DNA of 64,000 nucleotides from an uncultured Solirubrobacterales bacterium. Lineage in GTDB: Bacteria; Actinomycetota; Thermoleophilia; Solirubrobacterales; Solirubrobacteraceae. Position 1 is the first letter of the stretch, and every line of letters starts with the position of its first letter. The stretch covers positions 574,221 through 638,220 of the forward strand of contig CAVYQU010000011.1 of assembly GCA_963770805.1 (NCBI GenBank), in the 5' to 3' direction. A model generated the notes under the pieces. The model was not told where the DNA came from and searched no databases. It saw only the letters and a list, made by a program, of their open reading frames with translations. Of the stretch, positions 30,283 to 40,229 are shown in pieces. The position numbers were made by a program, and so were the translations under genes.

Positions 30283-30387
30283 ATGCCGCTCTACGACTTC
30301 CACTGCGAGGCGTGCGGCGAGCGCTTCGAGGCGGTGACCGTGACGGGTGAGCTCCCGTCCTGTGCGGCGCGGGGGCCGCGAGGTTAG
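30283..30387 (+). pseudogene. Truncated FmdB-family zinc-ribbon protein
   Basis: MPLYDFHCEACGERFE.. then stop after 34 codons; second CxxC incomplete. Confidence 0.6.
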
Positions 30388-31127
30388 GTGGGAAGCGAAG
30401 CCGGACTGATCTGAACCACGCGCTCGAGCCAGGCCGCGAACAGCCGCCGTGCGAGGCCGGTCATCTCCTGCTCGCGTGAGCGGATCCGTTCCAGAAGGGT
30501 CGGGAGCGCGCCTGGCCCCATCAGCTCCTCGAGGCTTGCGGCGTAAGCGGGGACCGCGCCCCACTCGGTGGCCAGCGGCACGCCCACCTCGAGGTGGAAC
30601 TGCAGCCCGTACGCCCGCCCCACGCGGAAGGCCTGCTGTTCGTAAGCCTCGGAACGGGCCAACTGCACCGCGCCCGCCGGCAGCGCGAACGTGTCCCCGT
30701 GCCACTGCAGCGCGTGAAACTCGTCGGGGGCGAGCGAGAACACCGGATCCTCCGCCCCGGCGGGGGTCCGTTGGACGCTGAGCACGCCGACCTCGGCCTC
30801 GGGGCCCGGGCCGACCTCCGCCCCGAGGCTCGTCGCCAGCAGCTGTGAGCCGAGGCACACGCCCCAGAGCGGCATGTCTTCCTCGACGGCCTGCGCGATC
30901 AGCCGCTTCTCGTCCGTCAGCCAGGACAGCCGGTCGTCCTCGTAGGCGCCCATCGGGCCGCCCATGACGATGATCCCGGCGAACCGGCGATGGTCGGGCA
31001 GGGGCTCGCCGGCGTCGATCTCAACCCGTTCGAGCTCGCACCCCCAGGCCAGCAGCTCGTCCTCGAACGCCCCGGGGGGCTCGCAGGCGATGTGCTGGAG
31101 GGCGAGGAATCGGGGTGCGTGGGCCAC
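30384..31127 (-). CDS. Class I glutamine amidotransferase (GMP synthase-like)
   Basis: MGGPMGAYE, GVCLGSQLLA nucleophile elbow, WHGD, GLQFHLE. Confidence 0.9.
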   Translation of the reverse strand: MAHAPRFLALQHIACEPPGAFEDELLAWGCELERVEIDAGEPLPDHRRFAGIIVMGGPMGAYEDDRLSWLTDEKRLIAQAVEEDMPLWGVCLGSQLLATSLGAEVGPGPEAEVGVLSVQRTPAGAEDPVFSLAPDEFHALQWHGDTFALPAGAVQLARSEAYEQQAFRVGRAYGLQFHLEVGVPLATEWGAVPAYAASLEELMGPGALPTLLERIRSREQEMTGLARRLFAAWLERVVQISPASLPT

Positions 31128-31243
31128 GGGTTTAGCTGGCTGCGTGAGTGCAGGTGGCCGGCTGTGGTGCTGGGCGGGTGCGGATCCGCTGAGCGTGAGC
31201 GGAGAGAAGCCGAATGCGGCTTGCGCGGACGAGCCGGCCGGCG

Positions 31244-31690
31244 TTAGTCGGTGCAGTCGTCACAGGCGCCATGGAGGACGATTTCGTGTTCGGCGACGCG
31301 CATCGGGACCCGGCGGCTCAAGTTCTGGATGGTGGTCTCGAGCTCGGGGTCGGTGAAGGGCGTGACCGTCCCGCAAGTGTCGCAGACGAGGTGGTGGTGG
31401 TGTCCGTCGCCGGTGCGGATCGGTTCGTAGCGGGCCATCGCCTGTCCGATTTGGAGTTTCTGGACGAGGTGCAGGCGTTCGAGTTCGTCGAGTATGCGGT
31501 AGATGCTGGCGCGGCCGATCGGCCGCTGGCGTTTGCGGAGCGCGTCTTCGATCTCGATGGCTGAGAGGGCGCAGGCTTGGGTGTCGAGCAGGTCGAGCAG
31601 CGCTTGCCGGGCGGCGCCGGTGTGGTGTTTGGCGTGGGCGACGACGGTTTGCGCGTGCTCAGCCCAGGTCTGGGTGTCCTTGTGAGCCAT
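31244..31690 (-). CDS. Fur family transcriptional regulator (Zur-like)
   Basis: ASIYRIL, HHHHLVCDTCG, C-terminal CDDC; terminal gene of the metal ABC operon. Confidence 0.9.
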   Translation of the reverse strand: MAHKDTQTWAEHAQTVVAHAKHHTGAARQALLDLLDTQACALSAIEIEDALRKRQRPIGRASIYRILDELERLHLVQKLQIGQAMARYEPIRTGDGHHHHLVCDTCGTVTPFTDPELETTIQNLSRRVPMRVAEHEIVLHGACDDCTD

Positions 31691-31699
31691 GGTCTCAGT

Positions 31700-32557
31700 C
31701 TAATTCTCGGTCTCGCGGATCGCGGTCAGGAGTCCGCGCGTCCTTGCGTGGCGCAGATCGCTGGTGGTCAGGAATGCGAGGAGGTAAATGCCGGTGGCGA
31801 CGGCGATGATCGCCGAGCTCGGCGGCAGATTCGGGATCTCGTAGCTGAGCGTCAGCCCGGTCCAGGTGGAGAGCACGGCGATGGCGGCGGACAGTCCGAG
31901 CGCGTGGTAGGGGTTGGCGGTGATCCGCTGGGCGGCGCCGGCGGGTGCGGCGAGCAGGCCGAGCAGCAGCAGCGCGCCGATCGCCTGGGTCGCCTCGGCG
32001 GTGGTAGCGCCGAGGAGCGCAAGGAGCAGCAGCCCGAGCGCGCGGACGGGCACGCCGCGGGCGGCGGCGACGGCTGGGTCGACGCTCGCGAACAGCAGCG
32101 GCCGCGCGATCGCGAGTAGGACGGCGATGATGCCGGCGGCGATCAGGGCGGCGATCAGCGCGTCGGTGGCGCCGAGCCCGAAGATCGATCCGAACAGGGT
32201 GCGGGCCCCGAGCAGGCCGTTGCCGCCGCCGGATCCGGAGCTGAACAGAGCGAGGAAGTACACGCCGAGCCCGAGGATCGCGGCGAACGTAATTCCGATC
32301 GTGACGTCGTCAGCGTGCGAGCGATCGCCGAGCGACCCGAGCAGCAGAGCGATCAGGATCGTGGCGGCGAACAGCCCGATGCGAATGTCGACACCGGCGG
32401 CGGCCGCTGCGAGCGCGCCGGTGAACGCTACGTGGGCGAGCGCGTCGCCGGCGAATACCTGAGCGCGGAGCACAACAAAGTAGCCGATCAGTCCGCTTGC
32501 GAGCGCGATCGCGGTGCCGGCCAGGAACGCGTTGCGGACGAACTCGTGCGCGAACAT
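31700..32557 (-). CDS. Metal (Zn/Mn) ABC transporter permease
   Basis: FAGDALAHVAFTG, LFGSI, LLAAPAGAA. Confidence 0.9.
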   Translation of the reverse strand: MFAHEFVRNAFLAGTAIALASGLIGYFVVLRAQVFAGDALAHVAFTGALAAAAAGVDIRIGLFAATILIALLLGSLGDRSHADDVTIGITFAAILGLGVYFLALFSSGSGGGNGLLGARTLFGSIFGLGATDALIAALIAAGIIAVLLAIARPLLFASVDPAVAAARGVPVRALGLLLLALLGATTAEATQAIGALLLLGLLAAPAGAAQRITANPYHALGLSAAIAVLSTWTGLTLSYEIPNLPPSSAIIAVATGIYLLAFLTTSDLRHARTRGLLTAIRETEN

Positions 32558-33465
32558 CAGACGGGTGCCGCCGCGTGGGGGCGGCCGTGCAGCAGGGTGG
32601 GATGATCGATCGCCGCGCGAGCGAGCCGGGCGACGAGGTAGACGGAGAACGCGATCGCCGTGATGTAGAACCCGACGGGATAGTTGTAGAAGTAGGCGAG
32701 CGCCAGCCCGACCCAGGTGATCGCCGCACCGAGCAGCACCGTCAGGACGAGACTCGCACCGATCCGCGGGGTGATCAGCTGCGCGGTCGCGGCCGGTGCG
32801 ACGAGCAGCGCGAACACCAGCAGCGCGCCGGTGATCTGCGCAGTCGCCGCGACGGTCAGTCCGAGCGCGAGCATGAACGCGAGCGAGAGCACGCGGACCG
32901 GGACACCACTGGCGCGCGCGACCGGCCCGTCGACGGAGGCGAACAGCAGAGGGCGTCCGACGACTCCGAAGAACCCCAGGATGAGGACGCAGACGATCGC
33001 GAGCGTGAGGATCTGCCCGCGTGTGATCCCGAGGAAGTCGCCGAACAGCAGGTTCTCATAGCCGGCCAGGACTCCCTGGTAGAGGCTGAGGAACAGGAAG
33101 CCGCAGGCCAGCCCGAACGCCTGGACGGCTCCGGTGACGGCGGATTCATCGCCGCGATGTCGCGTGCCGGCGCCGGCGGCCGCGGCGATCACCAGTGCGC
33201 AGGCGCCGCAGAACGTGTAGTAGCCGACGGCTGCGGACAGCCCGAGCAGCAGCGCAAAGGTCGCTCCGGGGAACGCCATTACCGACAGAGTGTGCCCTGC
33301 GAAGCTCTCGCGCCGGAGCACCATGAACCAGCCGACCACGCCGGCCATGATCGCCACGATTGTCCCGGCCTCAAGCGCATTGACCATGAATGGGTAGGCG
33401 GTCAGCTGCCGGAAGTCCGAGATCAGATCGACCGACAGCGCGGCGATCGGTAGGTGGCTAGCCAT
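32557..33465 (-). CDS. Metal (Zn/Mn) ABC transporter permease
   Basis: FAGHTLSVMAFPG, LLFGDFLG, LVAPAATA. Confidence 0.9.
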   Translation of the reverse strand: MASHLPIAALSVDLISDFRQLTAYPFMVNALEAGTIVAIMAGVVGWFMVLRRESFAGHTLSVMAFPGATFALLLGLSAAVGYYTFCGACALVIAAAAGAGTRHRGDESAVTGAVQAFGLACGFLFLSLYQGVLAGYENLLFGDFLGITRGQILTLAIVCVLILGFFGVVGRPLLFASVDGPVARASGVPVRVLSLAFMLALGLTVAATAQITGALLVFALLVAPAATAQLITPRIGASLVLTVLLGAAITWVGLALAYFYNYPVGFYITAIAFSVYLVARLARAAIDHPTLLHGRPHAAAPV

Positions 33466-34336
33466 GTTCGTGGTGCTCGTGCCGGTCGCTGTGATACGCG
33501 GGCGCCTCCGGCAGGCCGACCACAACGAGGCGTCCGTCGGCGGCTTGCAGCACCTCGATCGGGACCCCGTAGAGGCGGCTCAACGTGTTTGCGGTGATCA
33601 CCTCGCGCGGTGTTCCGACGGCTGCGTGCCCGGCTCCGAGGTAGACGACGCGGTCGAGGTAGGTGAGCAGCGGGTTGACATCGTGGGCGACCAGCAGCAC
33701 GGTGACGCGCTGCTGGCGGGAGATGCGCGCCAGCAGCGCCGCCACCGCGGTCTGGTTGGGTAGGTCGAGGCTGTCCAGCGGCTCATCGAGGATCAACACT
33801 CTTGGGTGGCTGATCAGCGCTTGCGCGATCAGCAGCCGCTGTTGCTCGCCGCCGGACAGCCGGCCGATCGGGCGGCTCGCGTACTCGCCGGCGCCGACCA
33901 GCGCGATCACCTCCTCGACCCGTTCTCGCCAGGAGCTCCGTACCGGCAGTCCCCAGCGGGCGCCGTCCAGTCCGAGCCTCACCAGGTCGATGCCGCGGAT
34001 CCTGGTGCTCGCGTCGAAGTGGCGGCGTTGGGGCAGGTAGCCGATCTGCCGGCTGGCCTCGCCTGGTGCGCGTCCGAGTATCGACGCGGTGCCGGACGCG
34101 AGCGGGAGCTCGCCGAGCAGCACTCGGAGCAGGGTCGTCTTTCCTGAACCGTTCGGTCCGAGGATCGCGGCGAACTCTCCTTCCTCGATCGCGAAGTCCA
34201 CATCGCTCCAGACCGTGTGTCCACCGATCCGGGCCTGCGCACCCTGCAGGCGCACCACCGGCACAGGGGGCCTCGGTGGGCCGGGTTTCCCCTCTTGGGA
34301 GACGGGCGCCGCGTCGATCGTGGGCGGGGGGCTCAC
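33458..34336 (-). CDS. Metal ABC transporter ATP-binding protein
   Basis: GPNGSGKTT, LSGGEQQR, LDEP; GTG overlapping the binding-protein stop. Confidence 0.9.
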   Translation of the reverse strand: MSPPPTIDAAPVSQEGKPGPPRPPVPVVRLQGAQARIGGHTVWSDVDFAIEEGEFAAILGPNGSGKTTLLRVLLGELPLASGTASILGRAPGEASRQIGYLPQRRHFDASTRIRGIDLVRLGLDGARWGLPVRSSWRERVEEVIALVGAGEYASRPIGRLSGGEQQRLLIAQALISHPRVLILDEPLDSLDLPNQTAVAALLARISRQQRVTVLLVAHDVNPLLTYLDRVVYLGAGHAAVGTPREVITANTLSRLYGVPIEVLQAADGRLVVVGLPEAPAYHSDRHEHHEHG

Positions 34337-35274
34337 TTGCCGGTCGCCTGGTGAAGCGCCTGCTGGAGGTTCTGCAGCTCCGCGACTTGCCATTGCTCGA
34401 AGGTAGCCGAGGCCGGTGAGAGCGTTTCGGTGATCGTCGTGATCGGAATATGTGCTGCCCGGGCGAGCTGGTTGACACGCTGGACGTCCGGGGTCGCGTT
34501 CTGGCTGTTATAGACCCACGCCTTGATCAGACGGTCCTGCGCCTGGGTGTCGACCGTCTGCTTGTCGGTCGCGCTCACCTCGGTGCCCTCAGCGATCGCC
34601 TTCGCAAAGCTGTACGGCGTCAGCAGCTTCAGACCAAGCGCCTGACCGAGCGGCTGGAAGATGCTCTCGCTGTAGCCCACCGGCACTCCGGCGTAGCTCG
34701 CGCGGATCGCCGCGATCAACCGGTCATACTCGCCCAGGCTCTGGGTCTCGAACAGAGAGCGCTGATGGTCGAAATACGCGCTGTCCTTCGGGTCGAGCTG
34801 TTTGTAGTCGGCGACGATCTGATCGATCACCCGGCGCACGGACGACGGCGAGTACCACTGATGCGGGTTATCGCCCTCCACCAGCCCGAGCAGATCCCCG
34901 ACGTTGAGGACCTTCCGCGAGCTCGAGGGGTTCGCGGCGACCAGCTTTGACGCCCACGCGTCATACCCGATCCCGTTCACGATCGCCAGCTGAGACTTCG
35001 CCAACGCGACTCCGTCCGACGCCGTAGGCTCATACGAATGCGGATCGGTGTTCGGGTTCACGATGATGCTCTGCACCGCCACCTTCTCACCCCCTAGTTG
35101 CGCGGCGATGCTGCCCCAGAAGTTCTCCGCGGCGACCACCTGCAGCTTCCGCGACGACGAACCGCCGGCCGAACCCGCAGCCCCGCCACCACAAGCCGTG
35201 AGGAGAACGGCGGACCAGACAAGCAGCGGCACAACACGCAACGGCACTCGAAGCACGACGCGCCCTCCTGGCAT
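34333..35274 (-). CDS. Metal ABC substrate-binding lipoprotein (ZnuA/TroA family)
   Basis: Lipobox LLTAC, DPHSYEP, NPHQWY. Confidence 0.92.
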   Translation of the reverse strand: MPGGRVVLRVPLRVVPLLVWSAVLLTACGGGAAGSAGGSSSRKLQVVAAENFWGSIAAQLGGEKVAVQSIIVNPNTDPHSYEPTASDGVALAKSQLAIVNGIGYDAWASKLVAANPSSSRKVLNVGDLLGLVEGDNPHQWYSPSSVRRVIDQIVADYKQLDPKDSAYFDHQRSLFETQSLGEYDRLIAAIRASYAGVPVGYSESIFQPLGQALGLKLLTPYSFAKAIAEGTEVSATDKQTVDTQAQDRLIKAWVYNSQNATPDVQRVNQLARAAHIPITTITETLSPASATFEQWQVAELQNLQQALHQATGK

Positions 35275-35323
35275 ATCAAGGCTGGTTAGGCGAGCGACGA
35301 CCTCGCAGATCCAACGATATCAC

Positions 35324-35348
35324 GGGAATGAGATTTAGTCTCGTTCCC
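35324..35348. promoter_or_regulatory. Fur/Zur-type operator GGGAATGAGA-TTTAG-TCTCGTTCCC
   Basis: AT-rich inverted repeat (9/10 arms) 50 bp upstream of the metal ABC operon. Confidence 0.7.
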
Positions 35349-35414
35349 AGCAGTCCCGGTTCCCGCCGCGGATCAGTCGAGCCGTGGAGCGGGTGGCCGA
35401 GATGTCACCGGCGA

Positions 35415-35960
35415 CTAGCCGCAGTTCTGGTGCGCCCAGGCCGAGAGATGCTGCTCGGCTGCTTGGAGCTTGGCCTGGTTGAAGAGCTGACCTGCGGCCT
35501 CGATGCCGGCAATCTGCGACGCCGTTGGGACCTGGCCCGGCGTGTAGCCCACCTTCGAGAGGGCGGAGGCGAAGCTCGAGAACGTCTGCGCCAAGAGCTG
35601 GAGGTCGGGACGGATCGCCGAGGGGGCCGCGCTGGCCAGGGACTGATACGCGCTGACAGCCGTCTGCAGGTTGAGCTTGCCGCCACTGGTGCTGGCCTGA
35701 ATTGCCTGGGCGAACTTGGCTCCGATGCCGGCGAGCTGCTGGCAGTTCCCGGTGTTGGCGAACGTTGGCGACGCACCCGCCGCCGACGCTGCGTTGCTCG
35801 AGGCGTTCGACACCGCGCTGCTCACGGCGCTCGACACCGAGTTGCTGATTGACGACGCGCTTGAAGAAGCGGCGGACGTTGCCGACGAGCTCGAACTGCC
35901 GCAGCCCGCGGCGAGCGCGGCCACAGCGACAACGGCGATTGTGACAACACTGAGTCTCAT
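35415..35960 (-). CDS. Ser/Ala-rich lipoprotein, hypothetical
   Basis: Lipobox ALAAGC, Ser-rich linker, small Cys-containing domain. Confidence 0.8.
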   Translation of the reverse strand: MRLSVVTIAVVAVAALAAGCGSSSSSATSAASSSASSISNSVSSAVSSAVSNASSNAASAAGASPTFANTGNCQQLAGIGAKFAQAIQASTSGGKLNLQTAVSAYQSLASAAPSAIRPDLQLLAQTFSSFASALSKVGYTPGQVPTASQIAGIEAAGQLFNQAKLQAAEQHLSAWAHQNCG

Positions 35961-36167
35961 GGTGCCCCCGTTTCTTCCCGCCCACGTACGGAGCGATTGG
36001 TCCGGGGCGATGTTACCCCCGGATCGCGAGTAATGCGGACGTTTTGGACGGATTGTCTCTTCGACGACGGTTGCGGTCTTCCTCCGTCAGCTCGCCCCCG
36101 CTCGGTCACCGCGAGCATCCAGGCATCAGGCGGAGTCCGGCGCAGCCCGTCCGTCGTGGCGAACAGC

Positions 36168-36734
36168 CGGCAGGGCGAAATGCTTGAGGAGCAGACCGGG
36201 CGGCGAGCCCGCGTGGTGGTTGACCTCCCCGGGCCGAAGCTCCGTACCGGGCCGCTGGCACCCCAGCCGACCCGGGACAACAAGGGCGACTATCTGCGGC
36301 TGATGATCCTGAAGATCGAGACTCGGCGCGCGTTTGAGCACCTGCCCGGGATGCTGCTCGCGGCGCTTGGAGGCGACCGGGCTGCAGGCGTGATGATCGC
36401 TCGGGGCGATCTCGCGGTCGAGTGCGGCTACCAGCGCCTCGCCGAGGTCCAGGAGGAGATTCTGTGGCTGTGTCAAGCGGCGCATCTCCCCGTGATCTGG
36501 GCCACGCAGGTGCTCGATCGTCTGGCCAAGACCGGCCGGCCGTCACGGGCGGAGATCACGGACGCGGCGATGGGCGTGCAGGCCGAGTGCGTGATGCTGA
36601 ACAAGGGGCCTCGGATCCTGGAGGCGATCGCGGTGCTCGATGACATCCTGCGGCGCATGGAACGGCATCACGACAAGAAACGACCGCTGCTGCCACGGCT
36701 CCGAGCTTCGGACTATGTCCACACGAAACGCTAG
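36168..36734 (+). pseudogene. Pyruvate kinase relic (N-terminus and middle deleted)
   Basis: VVVDLPGPKLRTG joined directly to ILKIE..VMIARGDL..WATQVL..RAEITDA..ECVMLNKG. Confidence 0.8.
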
Positions 36735-36739
36735 CTCGC

Positions 36740-37335
36740 CCGCCAGTGAGCCTCCCTCGCTGACCGAACGCTTCCTTGCCGCGGTTTCGCTCGCCGAGCA
36801 CGTCCACGGTCACGAGCGCCGCAGGAGTAGCTGGGCGCGCACGGCGGGTATGAACGCCATCGATATGAGCGCGTCGGCCATCACGATTATGGCCGCGGCA
36901 CTCAACCACGGGAACAGCCACATGCGCAGCTTGAGCCGCTCGGACGCCTCGCGACTCAACCCCAACCGAAAGCGCGAACAGCATCCGCGATCCGGTGTAG
37001 AGCCCGGAGTTGAGGCACGAGAGGACGGCGGTGAGGATGACTGCAGCCATGACGTCGCCCGACCCTGGAATGCCGACCCGGTCGAGTGCCACCGAGAATG
37101 GCGACACGCCGACCTTCACGCTCGTCCACGGAACGATCGCCACGATCAGGGCGATCGAGGCGACGTAGAAGACCAGTACACGTGCGACGACGCTGTTGAC
37201 CGCCCTGGCCACCGCATTGCCGGGGTCGGCCGATTCCGCTGCGGCGATCGTCACGATCTTCCCCCCCTGCGAAAGCGAAGATCACCACCACCACGCCGGC
37301 GAACGTGCTGACCGAACCCCGTGGAGCGAAGCCGC
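36740..37335 (-). pseudogene. Amino-acid permease (GabP-like) relic
   Basis: VIFAFAGG / IVTIAAAES.DP..VLVFYV..SPF..SCLNSGLY..SRMLF; frameshift in a 7-base homopolymer at 37261; both ends missing. Confidence 0.8.
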
Positions 37336-37475
37336 CAACGCCCGATCGTATGGTCCCAGGCAAGCTGGATCGCCACCGTCGCCGCTCCCGCGTCATCGCC
37401 ACGCGTCCGCCGCAGCCGGAACAGTTGCTCACGAGCCTCAACCGATGCCTCGACGTCGTCAAGCCACCAAGACAA
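37335..37475 (-). pseudogene. Fragment of a TPR/LuxR-type regulator
   Basis: WWLDD.EA..EAREQLFRL.RTRGDDAGAA..A..LAWD resembles helical sensor domains of LuxR-family regulators (recall only). Confidence 0.4.
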
Positions 37476-37599
37476 CCACGGTGGTGATCACGGTGGCTCC
37501 TCAGGCCGTGCCGGTACAGCAGGCCGGTGAGGCTCGCTCAGAGGAGAGGCCTCTGATCTTTTCGACCACTGATCCCCTGAAACGGCTTAGGATGCAGCG

Positions 37600-39219
37600 A
37601 TGGTCCGTATGCGGCGGTGTTTGAGGCTCATCGCCACGGTCGGGGTGCTGTCCGCCTTGCTGGGTACCGCCACCGCTGCTCCACGCACTACGGCCGCCCG
37701 CATGCGCAGCCCAGCCGCAGACCCACACCCCACGCCCGCCGGGCTGGGGACCACGGGCGCGTCTGTCGCGCCTGTGCAGCTGCGCGTGGGGCAGCTCAAC
37801 TGCGATATCGCGGATGAGTACCCAAAGATTCGGGCCGCGTACGTGGCGTCCGCGATCCGCCGAAGCAATGCCGACGTGGTCGGGATCGAGGAGGGCGGTG
37901 GCGAGATCCCGCAGATCGCAAAGGCGCTCGGCTGGCGCTACTACGACGTCCGGATGCAGATCGTTTCCCGATTTCCGTTGATTGACCCGCCTGGCGGCAA
38001 CGGCGTGTACACGTTCGTTCAGTTACGGTCGGGAGGCGTCGTGGCGATGGAGAATGTCCACCTGCCGTCGGATCCGTATGGGCCTTACTGGGTGCGGGAC
38101 GGCAAATCGCTTTCGCGGGTGCTGGCGCTCGAGAACCGGCTCCGCGTACCGCCGCTGCGCCCCTCGCTCGCGGCAGCGCGGACTCTGCTCTCGCACCGCA
38201 TCCCGGTGTTCCTAACGGGTGACTTCAACTCGCCCTCGTGGCGGGATTGGACGCCGACGATGGTGCACGCGCGCTTCCAGATCAGATATGCAGTGCCCTG
38301 GCCGGCGTCACTTGTCGTCGAGCACGCCGGCTTCGTCGACTCGTTCCGCGCCATATACCCGGATATCGCCTCGGTGCCGGGCCTGACGTGGCCGACCAGG
38401 CGCACGATCCCGGGCGTCTGGAACCCCGGTCCGAAAGAGCCGGCCGACCGGATCGACTTTGTCTACGCGGCTGGCGCGGCCCGCGCTACGGCCAGCGCGA
38501 TCATTGGCGAGCCCGGCGCCCCTGGCATCCACGCCGCCTTCGCGCCCTGGCCTTCTGACCACCGGCTCGTGGTATCCACCTTTGACGTGCAGCCGGGGGC
38601 GCCACCGACGCTGGTCACGGTCAATAGTCGCGCGATCACCATAAACCGGCCAGTGACGATCCGCTTCCACCGCGCCACGGGGCAGGCCGGCCGTCTCGTT
38701 ATCGTGCGCGGCAGCTTCGCTGCGCCCCGCGCTGCAATCGTGGTGGAACCGATCCCGAGACGGGTATCCGACGGCATCCACCGTTTCCCTACGCGCGGGT
38801 TGAGACCGGGAGGGTACGCAGCCCTTCTCGTAGACGGCGCGGGACGCGTCCTTGCGCGCTATCCCTTCTGGCTGCTCGAACCGGGGGTGCCGCCGACGAT
38901 CGTGACGTCGAAGCTGGTTTACCGAGTGGGCGAGCCGATCGTGGCCCGCATCGAGAACGCGCCGGGAGAGCGCTGGGACTGGATCGCCATCTACAAGCGT
39001 GGGGCCGACCCTGCCGTCGCCGGGTATGGGGCCTGGACGTACACGCATGCCATCGTCGACGGCCGAGTGACCCTAGACGCGAAGACGGCCCAGGCCGGCT
39101 CGGTCGGCACATGGCCTGTCCGGCCCGGCATCTACAGCCTTTACCTGCTCAAAGATGACCTCTACGTGAAGATCGCCGGGGCGGCCATCAGGATCGTCTC
39201 TCGAGCGCGACCGGCTTGA
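37600..39219 (+). CDS. Secreted endonuclease/exonuclease/phosphatase (EEP) family protein with Ig-like C-terminal domains
   Basis: Signal peptide; GIEE, NVHLP, LTGDFNSPS, DSFR, RIDFV, WPSDHR. Confidence 0.85.
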   Translation: MVRMRRCLRLIATVGVLSALLGTATAAPRTTAARMRSPAADPHPTPAGLGTTGASVAPVQLRVGQLNCDIADEYPKIRAAYVASAIRRSNADVVGIEEGGGEIPQIAKALGWRYYDVRMQIVSRFPLIDPPGGNGVYTFVQLRSGGVVAMENVHLPSDPYGPYWVRDGKSLSRVLALENRLRVPPLRPSLAAARTLLSHRIPVFLTGDFNSPSWRDWTPTMVHARFQIRYAVPWPASLVVEHAGFVDSFRAIYPDIASVPGLTWPTRRTIPGVWNPGPKEPADRIDFVYAAGAARATASAIIGEPGAPGIHAAFAPWPSDHRLVVSTFDVQPGAPPTLVTVNSRAITINRPVTIRFHRATGQAGRLVIVRGSFAAPRAAIVVEPIPRRVSDGIHRFPTRGLRPGGYAALLVDGAGRVLARYPFWLLEPGVPPTIVTSKLVYRVGEPIVARIENAPGERWDWIAIYKRGADPAVAGYGAWTYTHAIVDGRVTLDAKTAQAGSVGTWPVRPGIYSLYLLKDDLYVKIAGAAIRIVSRARPA

Positions 39220-39254
39220 GCACGATCACGACCGGCGTTCCCGCGGGAACGTCT

Positions 39255-39404
39255 CACCAGCGGCGGCCGCGTCATGCGGTGGGCAACTCGGACGCACCGC
39301 ACCTTCACTTCGCGGTTCTGAACGGCCCTGGTCCGCTGAGCTCCGATGGGCTGCCGTTCGAGTTTCGTTCGTTCGTTTCCGAAGGCCATAGACGTTCGAC
39401 GTGA
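39255..39404 (+). pseudogene. M23 peptidase C-terminal fragment
   Basis: VGNSDAPHLHF..DGLPFEF motif with no upstream domain. Confidence 0.6.
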
Positions 39405-39460
39405 GCCGAGGAGATAGGTCTCGCCTCGGACGAGCGACCGCGCACTAGAGTCCGCACGCG

Positions 39461-40021
39461 ATGAGCTCGACAGCCGATCCGAGGCTCCGTGGCGGCGACA
39501 TCGCCATCCGCCTCCGATCGGTTCAGGAACTGTTCGAGCCGCATGGATACGATCCGCTGGAAAGCTCGCCGCTGCGCCTCCGCTCCGGGATCGACGAGCT
39601 TCTCAACGAGCTTGGCGCGAGGAGGCTCGGCACCGTGACCAGTGCCTCGATCATGTTGCCGGCGTCCGAGCTTGAGCCCGGCCTCGAACAACAGCTCAGG
39701 CGGGCAATCACGGCCTACTGCGAACTGCGGCTCCGCGAGACCGACAACGATCTGCGTGCTTTCCGCCACGATGCGTGGCGGGCGCTCGGCCTCGGCACGA
39801 TCCTCTTCGTCGTCGGACTCTCGGTGTCCGCCATCGTGACGCAGAGCTCGGCGCCTCAACTCATCAAGATCTTCGGTGATGGCCTAGCCGTGGTGATCGC
39901 CTGGGTCGGGGCCTGGTATCCACTCGACACCCTCATCCACTACACCCGCCCCTACCGCCGCGTCAGGAAAGTGCTGCAGGCGCTCAGCAGGATGGAGGTA
40001 GTGGTCCGGCGGGCACCCTGA
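39461..40021 (+). CDS. Hypothetical membrane protein (two C-terminal TMs)
   Basis: LFEPHGYDP N-terminal part; TMs ending WVGAWYPLD. Confidence 0.7.
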   Translation: MSSTADPRLRGGDIAIRLRSVQELFEPHGYDPLESSPLRLRSGIDELLNELGARRLGTVTSASIMLPASELEPGLEQQLRRAITAYCELRLRETDNDLRAFRHDAWRALGLGTILFVVGLSVSAIVTQSSAPQLIKIFGDGLAVVIAWVGAWYPLDTLIHYTRPYRRVRKVLQALSRMEVVVRRAP

Positions 40022-40229
40022 GGACGGTGCCGGCCCCCGCCGGGACTTCCGATTCGCCCTCGCTCGGCGTGCGCCAGCCCGGCCCTATGGTGCCCGCGCA
40101 CATTTAGGGTCGCGTATCGCGCTAGCTGGCGAGCGCGATCGCCAGCGTACTGACGCGCACTCCGTACTCCGTACCGATGCGCGGCGCGGGCCCCGGCCGT
40201 AGGGTCGGAGGCGACCAAGGAGGCGTTCC

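Noticed and set aside
30211-30858. N-terminal extension of the 540-aa beta-propeller ORF
   Set aside because: Overlaps the GATase gene in another frame; a signal peptide begins at GTG 30210.
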